From: an uncultured virus (IMG/VR IMGVR_UViG_3300020414_000984)
Lineage: Duplodnaviria; Heunggongvirae; Uroviricota; Caudoviricetes; Crassvirales
Strand: one strand, 5' to 3'
DNA length: 36,187 bases
Virus record (IMG/VR): IMGVR_UViG_3300020414_000984
The translations under genes were made by a program, and so were the position numbers. A model generated the notes under the pieces. It searched no databases. It saw nothing but the letters and a program-made list of their open reading frames with translations, and was not told the origin of the DNA. This document shows positions 9,176-18,199 of the stretch, piece by piece (the first letter of the stretch is position 1; each line of letters starts with the position of its first letter).

Positions 9176-10621
9176 ATGAGTTTATCTCCACAATTTGGGT
9201 CAATCATACCTTCATCAAAACAAGAGTTGTTGAATGAAAACTACTTGAAGTTTAACGATGGAACTAGTGATTTTGCCCAGCAATATTTACCAGAGGTCTA
9301 CGAACAAGAAGTAGAGCGTTATGGAAACAGAACGTTATCTGGATTTTTAAGAATGGTCGGTGCAGAAATGCCTATGACCTCTGATCAAGTAATCTGGTCT
9401 GAACAAAATAGATTACACATTGCTTATGACAAATGTACTTATGCAGGTGGTGCTCCAACAATATTGGTTATTCCAGTTGGTGGTACTGAACCAGCAGGTA
9501 CTTTAGTAGAAAATGTAATCTCTATTAACGACACTGTTGTTATTATGGATACAGTTACTGGTGTTGAAGGAAAAGCTATTGTAACTGCAAGAGCTGCTAA
9601 CAGTATTACTGTTCAGTTCTTTGACAATGCTGCTGCAACGCTTACGTCTAAAGGCTTTGTTTCTGGACAAATCAAAGTATTTGTTTATGGTTCTGCTTAT
9701 AGTAAAGGAAGAAATACAGATGGTACTGGAGCTGATGCTGAAAGAATATCTGTTGAGCCTTCTTTCAGACAATTTTCTAACTCACCAATCATTATTAGAA
9801 GCCAATACGTAGTTAATGGTTCTGATATGGCGCAAATCGGTTGGGTTGAAGTTGCTACTGAAGATGGTGCTTCTGGATACTTATGGTATTTAAAAGCTGA
9901 GTCTGAAACAAGATTAAGATTTGAAGACTACTTAGAAATGGCTATGGTAGAAGGTGAATTAAATGCTGCTGCAGGTAATGCTGATTACCAAGCAGGTAAA
10001 TTACCTGGAACACAAGGTTTATTTGCTGCTATCGAAGATAGAGGTAATGTACAAGTAGGATTCACTGCTGCTGCAGGTCTTGATGATTTTGATGCTATTC
10101 TTAAAAACTTAGATACTCAAGGTGCTATTGAAGAAAACATGCTTTTCTTACAAAGACAAACTGCTTTAGATTTTGATGATATGTTAGCTAATATTTCTGG
10201 CGGATTTGCTGGTGGTGTTGCTTTCGGTTTATTTGAAAACTCTGAAGAAATGGCACTTAACTTAGGTTTTTCTGGATTTAGAAGAGGTTCTTATGACTTT
10301 TACAAAACTGATTGGAAATACTTAAATGACGCTTCTACAAGAGGTGCTATTTCTGGTATCAATTCAATCGAAGGTGTATTAGTACCTGCTGGAACTTCTA
10401 CAGTTTATGATCAAATCTTAGGTACTAACATTAGAAGACCTTTCTTACACGTAAGATATAGAGCTTCTCAAGCTGACGATAGAAGAATGAAGTCTTGGAT
10501 TACTGGTTCTGCTGGTGGTGCGTTTACTTCAACTCTTGATGCAATGCAAGTAAACTTCTTATCTGAAAGATGTTTAGTTACTCAAGCTGCTAACAACTTT
10601 GTATTATTCAAAGGAGTATAG
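9176..10621 (+). CDS. Major capsid protein
   Basis: 481 aa after the scaffold; strongly biased codons (GCT/GGT/TCT); followed by a stable hairpin; motifs QQYLPEVYEQEVERYG and GFRRGSYDFYKTDWKYLND. Confidence 0.88.
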   Translation: MSLSPQFGSIIPSSKQELLNENYLKFNDGTSDFAQQYLPEVYEQEVERYGNRTLSGFLRMVGAEMPMTSDQVIWSEQNRLHIAYDKCTYAGGAPTILVIPVGGTEPAGTLVENVISINDTVVIMDTVTGVEGKAIVTARAANSITVQFFDNAAATLTSKGFVSGQIKVFVYGSAYSKGRNTDGTGADAERISVEPSFRQFSNSPIIIRSQYVVNGSDMAQIGWVEVATEDGASGYLWYLKAESETRLRFEDYLEMAMVEGELNAAAGNADYQAGKLPGTQGLFAAIEDRGNVQVGFTAAAGLDDFDAILKNLDTQGAIEENMLFLQRQTALDFDDMLANISGGFAGGVAFGLFENSEEMALNLGFSGFRRGSYDFYKTDWKYLNDASTRGAISGINSIEGVLVPAGTSTVYDQILGTNIRRPFLHVRYRASQADDRRMKSWITGSAGGAFTSTLDAMQVNFLSERCLVTQAANNFVLFKGV

Positions 10622-10631
10622 TGATTTATAT

Positions 10632-10662
10632 AGGTAAGGGCGCTTCGGCGCCCAATACCTTT
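10632..10662 (+). terminator. Hairpin after the capsid gene (cUUCGg tetraloop), terminator or mRNA stabiliser
   Basis: AGGTA-A-GGGCGC-TTCG-GCGCCC-AA-TACCT followed by a short T run. Confidence 0.75.
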
Positions 10663-10685
10663 AACTTATTTAATTATATTATATT

Positions 10686-11450
10686 ATGTCAAAAAAAGAA
10701 AAAGTGGCAGAGCCACAATGGGAAGTGAAGGAAAGAGTTTATTTACTTACTGGTAGTAAAACACCTTTAACATTAACTATACCTTCAAAACACACACAAA
10801 AACATTCATTATTATATTTTGATTCTGAACAGCAAAGACAAAGAGAATTAAGATATGCTACTAATATGAGCTCACCGTTTGTAGATGAACAAAAAGGTGA
10901 AGCAACGTTAGGACATATAATGTTTAAAGATGGTAAGCTAACAGTTCCAGCTAATAAAATAGCATTACAAAAACTTTTAAGCTTATACCATCCGTTAAAA
11001 AATAAATTATACTATGAATTTAGCGCTGCAGAAGTAGCTAAAGATGAATTAGTAGATTTGGAAATGGAAATAGATGCTTTAAACGCTGCAAGATCTATTG
11101 ATATTGATCAAGCTGAAGCAATAATGAGAGTTGAAATAGGTTCACAAGTAAATGAAATGACTTCTAAAGAGTTAAAAAGAGATTTACTAGTGTTTGCTAA
11201 AAACAATCCAAGGTTGTTTATAGAACTAGCTAATGACGAAAACGTTCAGCTTAGAAACTTTGCAATTAAAGCTCAAGAAAATGGAATTATTAAGTTATCA
11301 CAAGATCAAAGAACTTTCTTCTGGGGATCAACTGATAGAAAATTAATGAACGTTCCATTTGATGAAAATCCATATTCTGCATTTGCGGCTTTCTTAAAAA
11401 CAGACGAAGGTGTAGAAATCTATAAATCTATAGATAAAAAACTTAATTAA
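10686..11450 (+). CDS. Hypothetical protein downstream of the capsid gene, probably virion-associated
   Basis: 254-aa ORF in the structural operon. Confidence 0.7.
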   Translation: MSKKEKVAEPQWEVKERVYLLTGSKTPLTLTIPSKHTQKHSLLYFDSEQQRQRELRYATNMSSPFVDEQKGEATLGHIMFKDGKLTVPANKIALQKLLSLYHPLKNKLYYEFSAAEVAKDELVDLEMEIDALNAARSIDIDQAEAIMRVEIGSQVNEMTSKELKRDLLVFAKNNPRLFIELANDENVQLRNFAIKAQENGIIKLSQDQRTFFWGSTDRKLMNVPFDENPYSAFAAFLKTDEGVEIYKSIDKKLN

Positions 11451-11462
11451 CAAGTGATAATA
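11449..11462 (+). promoter_or_regulatory. Putative late-promoter motif, copy 2 (AACAAGTGATAATA)
   Basis: Same consensus as the copies at 1991 and 18182; precedes the tail genes. Confidence 0.4.
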
Positions 11463-11494
11463 ATATAGAGGTAGCGAAAGTTACCTCTATGTTA
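11461..11494 (+). other. Long RNA hairpin with a GAAA tetraloop
   Basis: TAATATAGAGGTAGC-GAAA-GTTACCTCTATGTTA forms a 15-bp stem with two G-U pairs; no strong U tract. Confidence 0.7.
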
Positions 11495-11511
11495 TAATTA
11501 AAAAGAATATA

Positions 11512-12273
11512 ATGGCGGTAAATGTAAATACAGTATATACTACAGTCTTGTACATATTAAACAAAGAACAAAGAGGTTATATTCCACCAGCGGAATTTAA
11601 TAGCCTGGCAACACAAGTGCAAGAAGAAATATTTGAATCGTATTTTCCAGATGGAAATCAATTAAATCGTCAAAATCAAAATAATACTCAAAACGATACA
11701 GACTTTTTCAACATGTATAAAAACAACTCATATAAGTTGTTTCCATTTGAAGGTGATCAACCTTTTGCTTACAATACAGCAAACGATGGCTGGAGGTTTA
11801 ATAACGCTGGCGCTGGAACACTATACAATGTTGGTCAAATTATATCTAAATACTCGGGTCAACCTCAATATGACTCTATAACTCAATTGGTAAGTAAAAG
11901 TGAATTTGATAAAATAACAAGATCAAAACTAACTGCTCCTACAAGTCAATATCCTTTGGCTTATTTAACAAACGCAACTATATCTCCATCAACAACACCG
12001 GAAGTTATAATTAAGATAAGTCCTAAACCTACTACTGTTTCTGCTAACTGTGTTTTAAAACCCGCACCTCCTGTTTGGGGTTTTACAGTTGGAACATTAG
12101 GTCAGTATTTATACAGCGGAACAGCATCAACAGATTTTCAATTAGATATATCAGAGCAAAGTAATATTATAATTGGTATATTAAAATATGCAGGAGTAAT
12201 AATAAATGACCCAACAATAATTCAAGCTGCAAGTCAAGAAGCTAGCAAAGTTGAACAAAATGAAAAATCATAA
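11512..12273 (+). CDS. Tail ring / head-tail adaptor protein
   Basis: N-terminal VY.TVL.ILNKEQRGYI.P.EFN.LA.Q.Q motif; first gene of the tail module. Confidence 0.65.
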   Translation: MAVNVNTVYTTVLYILNKEQRGYIPPAEFNSLATQVQEEIFESYFPDGNQLNRQNQNNTQNDTDFFNMYKNNSYKLFPFEGDQPFAYNTANDGWRFNNAGAGTLYNVGQIISKYSGQPQYDSITQLVSKSEFDKITRSKLTAPTSQYPLAYLTNATISPSTTPEVIIKISPKPTTVSANCVLKPAPPVWGFTVGTLGQYLYSGTASTDFQLDISEQSNIIIGILKYAGVIINDPTIIQAASQEASKVEQNEKS

Positions 12274-13505
12274 TGGCATTAGTAACTGAAACAAATCAAC
12301 AATATTACGCTGGAGCTCAACCTTTCAGAGGCGATGCAGGAAATACTGCTAATCAAAAATTCACTACTACCTTTAATACAGATTTAGTTTTTGGTAGTCA
12401 TGATCCAAACAATGCTGATTATATTAAAAATAATTTTAAAATATATACTAGCACACAAGGAATACCAGGAACATGGAGTGAATACACGGCTGCTTACACA
12501 GTTTCTAATAATGTAATTACTATAACAGGAACTCCAGGAGCTAATATATATATAGTTGTACAATTAAAATCGCTAGACGGTGGTAAATATGGTAATACTA
12601 ACCCTGAAAAAGCTTTTGGTGATGCTGTAGAAGAAAATTATGGTAGTTATTCTTATATAAAATTAGGTGATATAATAGATAACTTTATGGTAGGTTATGT
12701 AGGTGATGGTAAAGTAATACAAACATGTAAAAAATCTGATGTTGTGTTTTTTGCTAAAAGATCTTTACAAGAATTTAGCTATGATACTTTAAAAAGTATA
12801 AAATCTCAAGAATTAACAATACCTGATAGTTTATCTTTAGTGATACCTCAAGACTATGTAAACTATGTAAGTTTTGACTGGATAGATAGTTTAGGTGTAA
12901 AACATCCTATTTATCCTGCTAATAATTTAACTACTGATCCTTACAGCACTCCATTACAAGATGATGATGGTATACCTACTCAAGATAATTTAGGTGAAAA
13001 CTTAGAAGGTACTTCTCAAACAATTGAACGATGGGGAGATGCTAACACTAAATTATTAAATGGTCAATGGTATAGAGATTATGATTACTATGGTTTTGCT
13101 AATCCAGATTTATATAGTTTAAACGGTCCTTGGAATTGGGGTAGATTATACGGTATTGATCCAAAACTAGCTCAATCTAATGGTTGGTTTGGAATAGACG
13201 AAAGAGATGGAAAATTTACATTTTCAAGTAATTTAAGAGATAAATTAATAGTAGTAGAATATGTATCTGATGGTTTAGCTTATGATTTAGATAGTAGAGT
13301 GCCTAAATTAGTTGAAGACGCGATGTACAAAAGTATACTTTACAATATAGTTTCAGTAAGAGCTAATCAACCAGAAGGCATAGTTCAAAGATACAAAAAA
13401 GATAGATACGCAGCTTTGCGTAATGCTAAAATAAGATTATCTAATATAAAACTTGACGAGTTTATTCAAGTAATGAGAGGTAAATCTAAATGGATTAAAC
13501 ACTAA
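12273..13505 (+). CDS. Second tail ring / tubular protein
   Basis: 410 aa, translationally coupled (TAATG); motifs IPQDYVNYV and ALRNAKIRLSN. Confidence 0.6.
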   Translation: MALVTETNQQYYAGAQPFRGDAGNTANQKFTTTFNTDLVFGSHDPNNADYIKNNFKIYTSTQGIPGTWSEYTAAYTVSNNVITITGTPGANIYIVVQLKSLDGGKYGNTNPEKAFGDAVEENYGSYSYIKLGDIIDNFMVGYVGDGKVIQTCKKSDVVFFAKRSLQEFSYDTLKSIKSQELTIPDSLSLVIPQDYVNYVSFDWIDSLGVKHPIYPANNLTTDPYSTPLQDDDGIPTQDNLGENLEGTSQTIERWGDANTKLLNGQWYRDYDYYGFANPDLYSLNGPWNWGRLYGIDPKLAQSNGWFGIDERDGKFTFSSNLRDKLIVVEYVSDGLAYDLDSRVPKLVEDAMYKSILYNIVSVRANQPEGIVQRYKKDRYAALRNAKIRLSNIKLDEFIQVMRGKSKWIKH

Positions 13506-13511
13506 AATTTA

Positions 13512-16500
13512 ATGGCACAAAGTATTAATACTTTTTTAAAAGGTAAACTTAATAAAGACCTAGATGCTCGTTTGTTACCAAACGGAGAGTATAGAGATGC
13601 TAAAAATATACAAGTAAGTAAATCTGAAGGTCCAAATGTTGGATCGTTAGAAAACGTGCTGGGTAATGAACTTGCGTTAAATTTTAAAACACTTACAGGT
13701 GTTAGCAATTTAAGATGTATTGGTTACTTAACAAGTGAAGTAGACGAGTGCATATTTTTATTTTTAACAGATTATGATGATCCTAAACCTCAGTTTTTAA
13801 CATATTATAATCAAGCAAACAACTTTATAATAAAATATAAAGTAGGAACTAGCGTTAGCACTTCAAGTTCTACAATTTTAGTACAAGGTGCTTTTTTAAA
13901 TTTTTCACAATCACACCCTATTTACGGTGTTAATTTACTAGAGACTTTACTATTTTTTACAGATAATAGAAATCAACCTAGAGTTATAAATGTACAAAAA
14001 GCTGAAGAAATAGGTGTTAATCATTATACTACTGAAGATCAAATAAGTGTAGCTAAATATAATCCTTATAATCCTATATATTTATGGGATAAAAACGCAG
14101 GTTCAAGTGCGTCTGTTCCTTTTGAAACAACTATGAAAGATGTTACTTCAAAGTTTATGCCAAATGGTGGATCTGCTTTTTGTAGAGGAGCTCATAGTGG
14201 AGGGACTAGTATAGATATTGATAATATAAAAGGTGATATTTTACAAGCTGGTCTAGGTGTAACAAACCCTTATCAAGCTTTAGGCGCTACAGTATCTTAT
14301 ATTAATAATAACGGTGAAATAGTTAGCACAGGAACTACGGTAAACACTTATAATTCAGCAACAGGTGTGTTAACAACGGTTGCAAGTGTAGCTGCATTAG
14401 GCGATAACACAGAGTTAGTATTTAATGCTAATCCTTTTTATGATAAAAATTTTGCTGGTGATGAGGATTATTTAGAAGATAAATTTGTTAGATTTAGTTA
14501 TAGATTTAAATTTGAAGATGGTGAATATTCTTTAATGGCTCCGTTTACTCAAGCTGCTTTTATACCTAAACAAGACGGGTATTTCATGTATGTTAAGCAT
14601 GATAACACAGGTACATATCCTATTCCTACAAAAGATGATCAAACAGATTCATTTAGAAGTACTGTTGTTTCTTTTATGGAAAACAAAACAGATGAAATAA
14701 CTTTAAAAGTTCCATTACCTTTTGCAGCAAATACTTTAGAGTCTAGTTTAAAAGTTACAGAATTAGAATTACTTTATAAAGAGTCTGATGGATTGGCAGT
14801 TAAAGTTATAGATACAGTTACTATAAGTGAAATAGCAACCGCTAGTGTAGGTAAAGATTATTATGATTACAAATATTTATCTAAAAAACCTTTTAAAACT
14901 TTACCAGATGATGAAATAATAAGAGTTTTTGATCAAACTCCTGTTAGAGCATTGTCACAAGAAATATCAGGTAACAGAGTTATTTATGGTAATTTCCAAA
15001 ACAAGCACACTCCTTTAGAATCAATTGATTACAATGTAGCTGCTAGTCCTAAAGATGATTTTGATTTAAAAACTGGAACAGCAACTGGAGCAGCAGGTAA
15101 TTACAATGCTAATGCCACTGTTAATATTTCAAGTGTTACAGGTACTATACAAATAGGTAGTATTGTAACTGGTCCTTCTGGATCAACTATACCTGCTAAT
15201 ACTCAAGTTACAGGAGGTAATTTTTCAAGTACAGTTACTTTTAATAAAGCTATTGTTTTAACTGCTTTAGGTGGTTCTGCTTTAGTTTTTAATCCAATTG
15301 GACCAGACACTCAAAATGTTACTAAAGTAGAATATCCTAATTCTTCTTTAAAACAAAATAGAAATTATCAAGTAGGTGTTGTGCTATCAGATAGATATGG
15401 TAGACAATCTAGTGTTATATTATCAAACAATGATACGATAAGCGCTGTTGGTGGTTCTTCTTTTGTTGGAGATACAATATATTCTGCTTATAACACTGAA
15501 GGAGTTCAACAGGAAAATTGGCCTGGTGATAGTTTAAAGGTTTTATTTAATCAACCTTTAGCACCTAGCTCTAAAAACATGGTTACAAAATGGCCTGGAC
15601 TTTACAATGGAGATACTACAGATAAAAATTATAATCCATTAGGTTGGTATTCATATAAAATAGTAGTTAAACAAACAGAACAAGAATATTACAATGTTTA
15701 TTTACCAGGTATTATGGCTTCATATCCTGAAGATCAAACACTAGAACTTGGTGGAACTTCTTTTGTTAGTTTAATAAATGATAATATTAATAAAGTTCCA
15801 AGAGATTTAACCGAGCTTGGTCCTGAACAAAGACAATTTAGAAGTTCTGTTCAATTATTTGGTAGAGTTGAAAACACGTCTACAGCTGTAACATATAGCG
15901 GTGTAGATATACAAAATATAGGACTAACCAACACACCTTATTATCCAGGTAAATCAAGTGATACTGTTTCTACAGTTTCTACTATAGATGACTTATTTGC
16001 TTATAATGCTAGTAATCCACCTAGACCTAACTATTTTCCACAGTTTTATGCTTTAGATTCAAATCCTTTAATAGCTAAGATAAGTACAGAAGCTCAAATA
16101 GGTCAAATAGCTACAACTAATTTTGATACAGCTAGCGCGCTTACAAATGCAGCGGTTAATGACGCTAGTTCTTTTGTTTTAAAAAATGTAATAGGAAATA
16201 TAACTCCAGGTGATTTTGTTAGCGGTATAGGTGTTCCTGAAGGTGTTTTTGTAACAGCTTTTAATTCAGGTACTAGCACGGTTCAAATAGTAGATTCTTC
16301 TAATAATCCGTATAATATTACGCTTCCGGTAGATGCGGTTTTATTTTTTAGTCCAGGATTTGCGAATCCTAACTTAGGTAATTTAAAAAGACCAGGTGTG
16401 CAGTATTTAGCGGTTTATGAAACAGAAGCTGTAGATTCATTGTTAGATATATTCTGGGAAACAACTAGTGCTGGTTTAATTAGTGATTTAAATAATTTAA

Positions 16501-17768
16501 TTATTAATTCAGCAGAAGGTGCTGCTGGTTTAAGCAGCTTTAACACATCACCATGGGACGAATTTACTGGTGGTATGAATTTTGCAGCTGAAGATATACT
16601 ACAGTCTGACTTTACTTTAGTTGATAGCTTTGGCGTTGATATACCTAATTCAGATATTGATAGTGTTACTCTTGAATCAGCTGTAGATGCAAATGGTGTG
16701 GATAGACAATTAGCTTCAAATGGTGGACCTTATTTTACACTTACAAATCCAAATCCAGGTGATTTTAATATACAAATAACACAAAATTACTGGAACAATG
16801 TATTTTTTGGTGATAATGCTAATGTTAGGCTTTTTACTTTTAAAATAAACACTACAACAAGTGTTAATGGTAATATATCTAGTAACAGCTTTTTTGAAAG
16901 CGCTGGTCCAGATAACATGCCTCCTCAAAGAGGTACTCAAATAAGTCCAGGTACTGCTGGAACAGAATCACCCACATCTGGTTCTACAGTATACACTAAT
17001 AGAACTATAACTACTACTCAAGCCACTTGTGATTTTGTTAATGGAGCTGCTAATGTAAATTTAAGAACAAATGACTTAGATATAAGTCTAGCTGCTGTAG
17101 ATAGTGATGGAACAGATGTAACAAGCAATAATTATTTTAGTCTAAATACAGCTATAGTAACTGGAACTTTAGTTAAAAATATTCAAGCAACAGTAGCTAT
17201 ACAAAACAGCTCTATGCCTATTGATATTTATACCTTAACAGTAACAGGTACTGATTCTGGTATATCTCCAGTAGCTAACTATGTTGTTAATATTGATGTA
17301 AGAGAAAATGTTTCTTACGCTGAGCAAGTGTTTAGATGTGTTACCGGCGAATATGATTGTGGTGGTTATAGTGTACTTGTAATGGCTGTAAGTACTAGTG
17401 GTATTAGTAACAATAGAGGTTGGTATGCTTATGTAGGTGCTATAAATTCTTTAGCAGACGGAACAAATGTTACTCTTGATAAAACAAATGCTTACACGTC
17501 AGCTCAATCAGCTTATGGTAGTTATGCTGGAAACTTTTTCTTTTTCCAACAAAATACGCCAGATCAAACAGGTTTAAATACTTTACTAGGTTATGTTAGT
17601 GGTAGTTTAGATGATTATTGGCTTGGTAATATTGATGGAGCTGGAACTCCAGGTTGGTGTTACAATTATGGAACAGGATCTAATCCTTCGCCTTGTGGTT
17701 GTGATGGTCTTGGTTGTAATGATCCTTTTTTAGTTAGTGTAAGTAATTACAATTTTGAAATAGTGTAA
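13512..17768 (+). CDS. Large tail stabilisation / nozzle-type protein with inserted domains and a Cys-rich C-terminus
   Basis: Starts FLKGKLNKDLDARLLPNGEYRDAKNI; contains LLFFTDNRNQPRVIN, KFVRFSYRFKFEDGEYS and YQVGVVLSDRYGR, which resemble tail stabilisation proteins of Bacteroidota podoviruses. Confidence 0.7.
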   Translation: MAQSINTFLKGKLNKDLDARLLPNGEYRDAKNIQVSKSEGPNVGSLENVLGNELALNFKTLTGVSNLRCIGYLTSEVDECIFLFLTDYDDPKPQFLTYYNQANNFIIKYKVGTSVSTSSSTILVQGAFLNFSQSHPIYGVNLLETLLFFTDNRNQPRVINVQKAEEIGVNHYTTEDQISVAKYNPYNPIYLWDKNAGSSASVPFETTMKDVTSKFMPNGGSAFCRGAHSGGTSIDIDNIKGDILQAGLGVTNPYQALGATVSYINNNGEIVSTGTTVNTYNSATGVLTTVASVAALGDNTELVFNANPFYDKNFAGDEDYLEDKFVRFSYRFKFEDGEYSLMAPFTQAAFIPKQDGYFMYVKHDNTGTYPIPTKDDQTDSFRSTVVSFMENKTDEITLKVPLPFAANTLESSLKVTELELLYKESDGLAVKVIDTVTISEIATASVGKDYYDYKYLSKKPFKTLPDDEIIRVFDQTPVRALSQEISGNRVIYGNFQNKHTPLESIDYNVAASPKDDFDLKTGTATGAAGNYNANATVNISSVTGTIQIGSIVTGPSGSTIPANTQVTGGNFSSTVTFNKAIVLTALGGSALVFNPIGPDTQNVTKVEYPNSSLKQNRNYQVGVVLSDRYGRQSSVILSNNDTISAVGGSSFVGDTIYSAYNTEGVQQENWPGDSLKVLFNQPLAPSSKNMVTKWPGLYNGDTTDKNYNPLGWYSYKIVVKQTEQEYYNVYLPGIMASYPEDQTLELGGTSFVSLINDNINKVPRDLTELGPEQRQFRSSVQLFGRVENTSTAVTYSGVDIQNIGLTNTPYYPGKSSDTVSTVSTIDDLFAYNASNPPRPNYFPQFYALDSNPLIAKISTEAQIGQIATTNFDTASALTNAAVNDASSFVLKNVIGNITPGDFVSGIGVPEGVFVTAFNSGTSTVQIVDSSNNPYNITLPVDAVLFFSPGFANPNLGNLKRPGVQYLAVYETEAVDSLLDIFWETTSAGLISDLNNLIINSAEGAAGLSSFNTSPWDEFTGGMNFAAEDILQSDFTLVDSFGVDIPNSDIDSVTLESAVDANGVDRQLASNGGPYFTLTNPNPGDFNIQITQNYWNNVFFGDNANVRLFTFKINTTTSVNGNISSNSFFESAGPDNMPPQRGTQISPGTAGTESPTSGSTVYTNRTITTTQATCDFVNGAANVNLRTNDLDISLAAVDSDGTDVTSNNYFSLNTAIVTGTLVKNIQATVAIQNSSMPIDIYTLTVTGTDSGISPVANYVVNIDVRENVSYAEQVFRCVTGEYDCGGYSVLVMAVSTSGISNNRGWYAYVGAINSLADGTNVTLDKTNAYTSAQSAYGSYAGNFFFFQQNTPDQTGLNTLLGYVSGSLDDYWLGNIDGAGTPGWCYNYGTGSNPSPCGCDGLGCNDPFLVSVSNYNFEIV

Positions 17769-18175
17769 TGATAAGCGCTGATAAAATAGAAGAAGTAATT
17801 GTTAAAATACATAATCAAAATTGGAAAGGATATAAACTTTATTTTATAGGAGGTGTTTTAAATAATAAAGAAACAAAAGATATAGATATTTTTATAACAG
17901 GATCAGGTGATGAAGAAGAGTTAGTAAAGTCAATAAAAAATGTTCAAGAAAGAGGTTTAGTGGATTTTTTTGTAGTAGATTATATAGATGAAAAAGAACC
18001 TAATACTTATTATTTAAAAAGATTTGCTAAAACATATCCTAAATACCCACATGATTTTAAAAAAGAGCACGCTCTATATTGGAGAAATTTTATAAATAAG
18101 GATTGTAAGTGTGGTAAAAAAACAAAAAGAAATTATACACAAAAGCCAGTATTAATATATAATGGCGTAATTTAG
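17768..18175 (+). CDS. Small nucleotidyltransferase-like protein, paralog 2
   Basis: YKLYFIGGVLNNKETKDIDIFITG; candidate third Asp in GLVDFFVV; start coupled to the upstream stop (TAATG). Confidence 0.6.
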   Translation: MISADKIEEVIVKIHNQNWKGYKLYFIGGVLNNKETKDIDIFITGSGDEEELVKSIKNVQERGLVDFFVVDYIDEKEPNTYYLKRFAKTYPKYPHDFKKEHALYWRNFINKDCKCGKKTKRNYTQKPVLIYNGVI

Positions 18176-18181
18176 TGAAAA

Positions 18182-18195
18182 AATAAGTAATAATA
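18182..18195 (+). promoter_or_regulatory. Putative late-promoter motif, copy 3 (AATAAGTAATAATA)
   Basis: Fills the short intergenic gap; same consensus as the other two copies. Confidence 0.35.
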
Positions 18196-18199
18196 ATAA

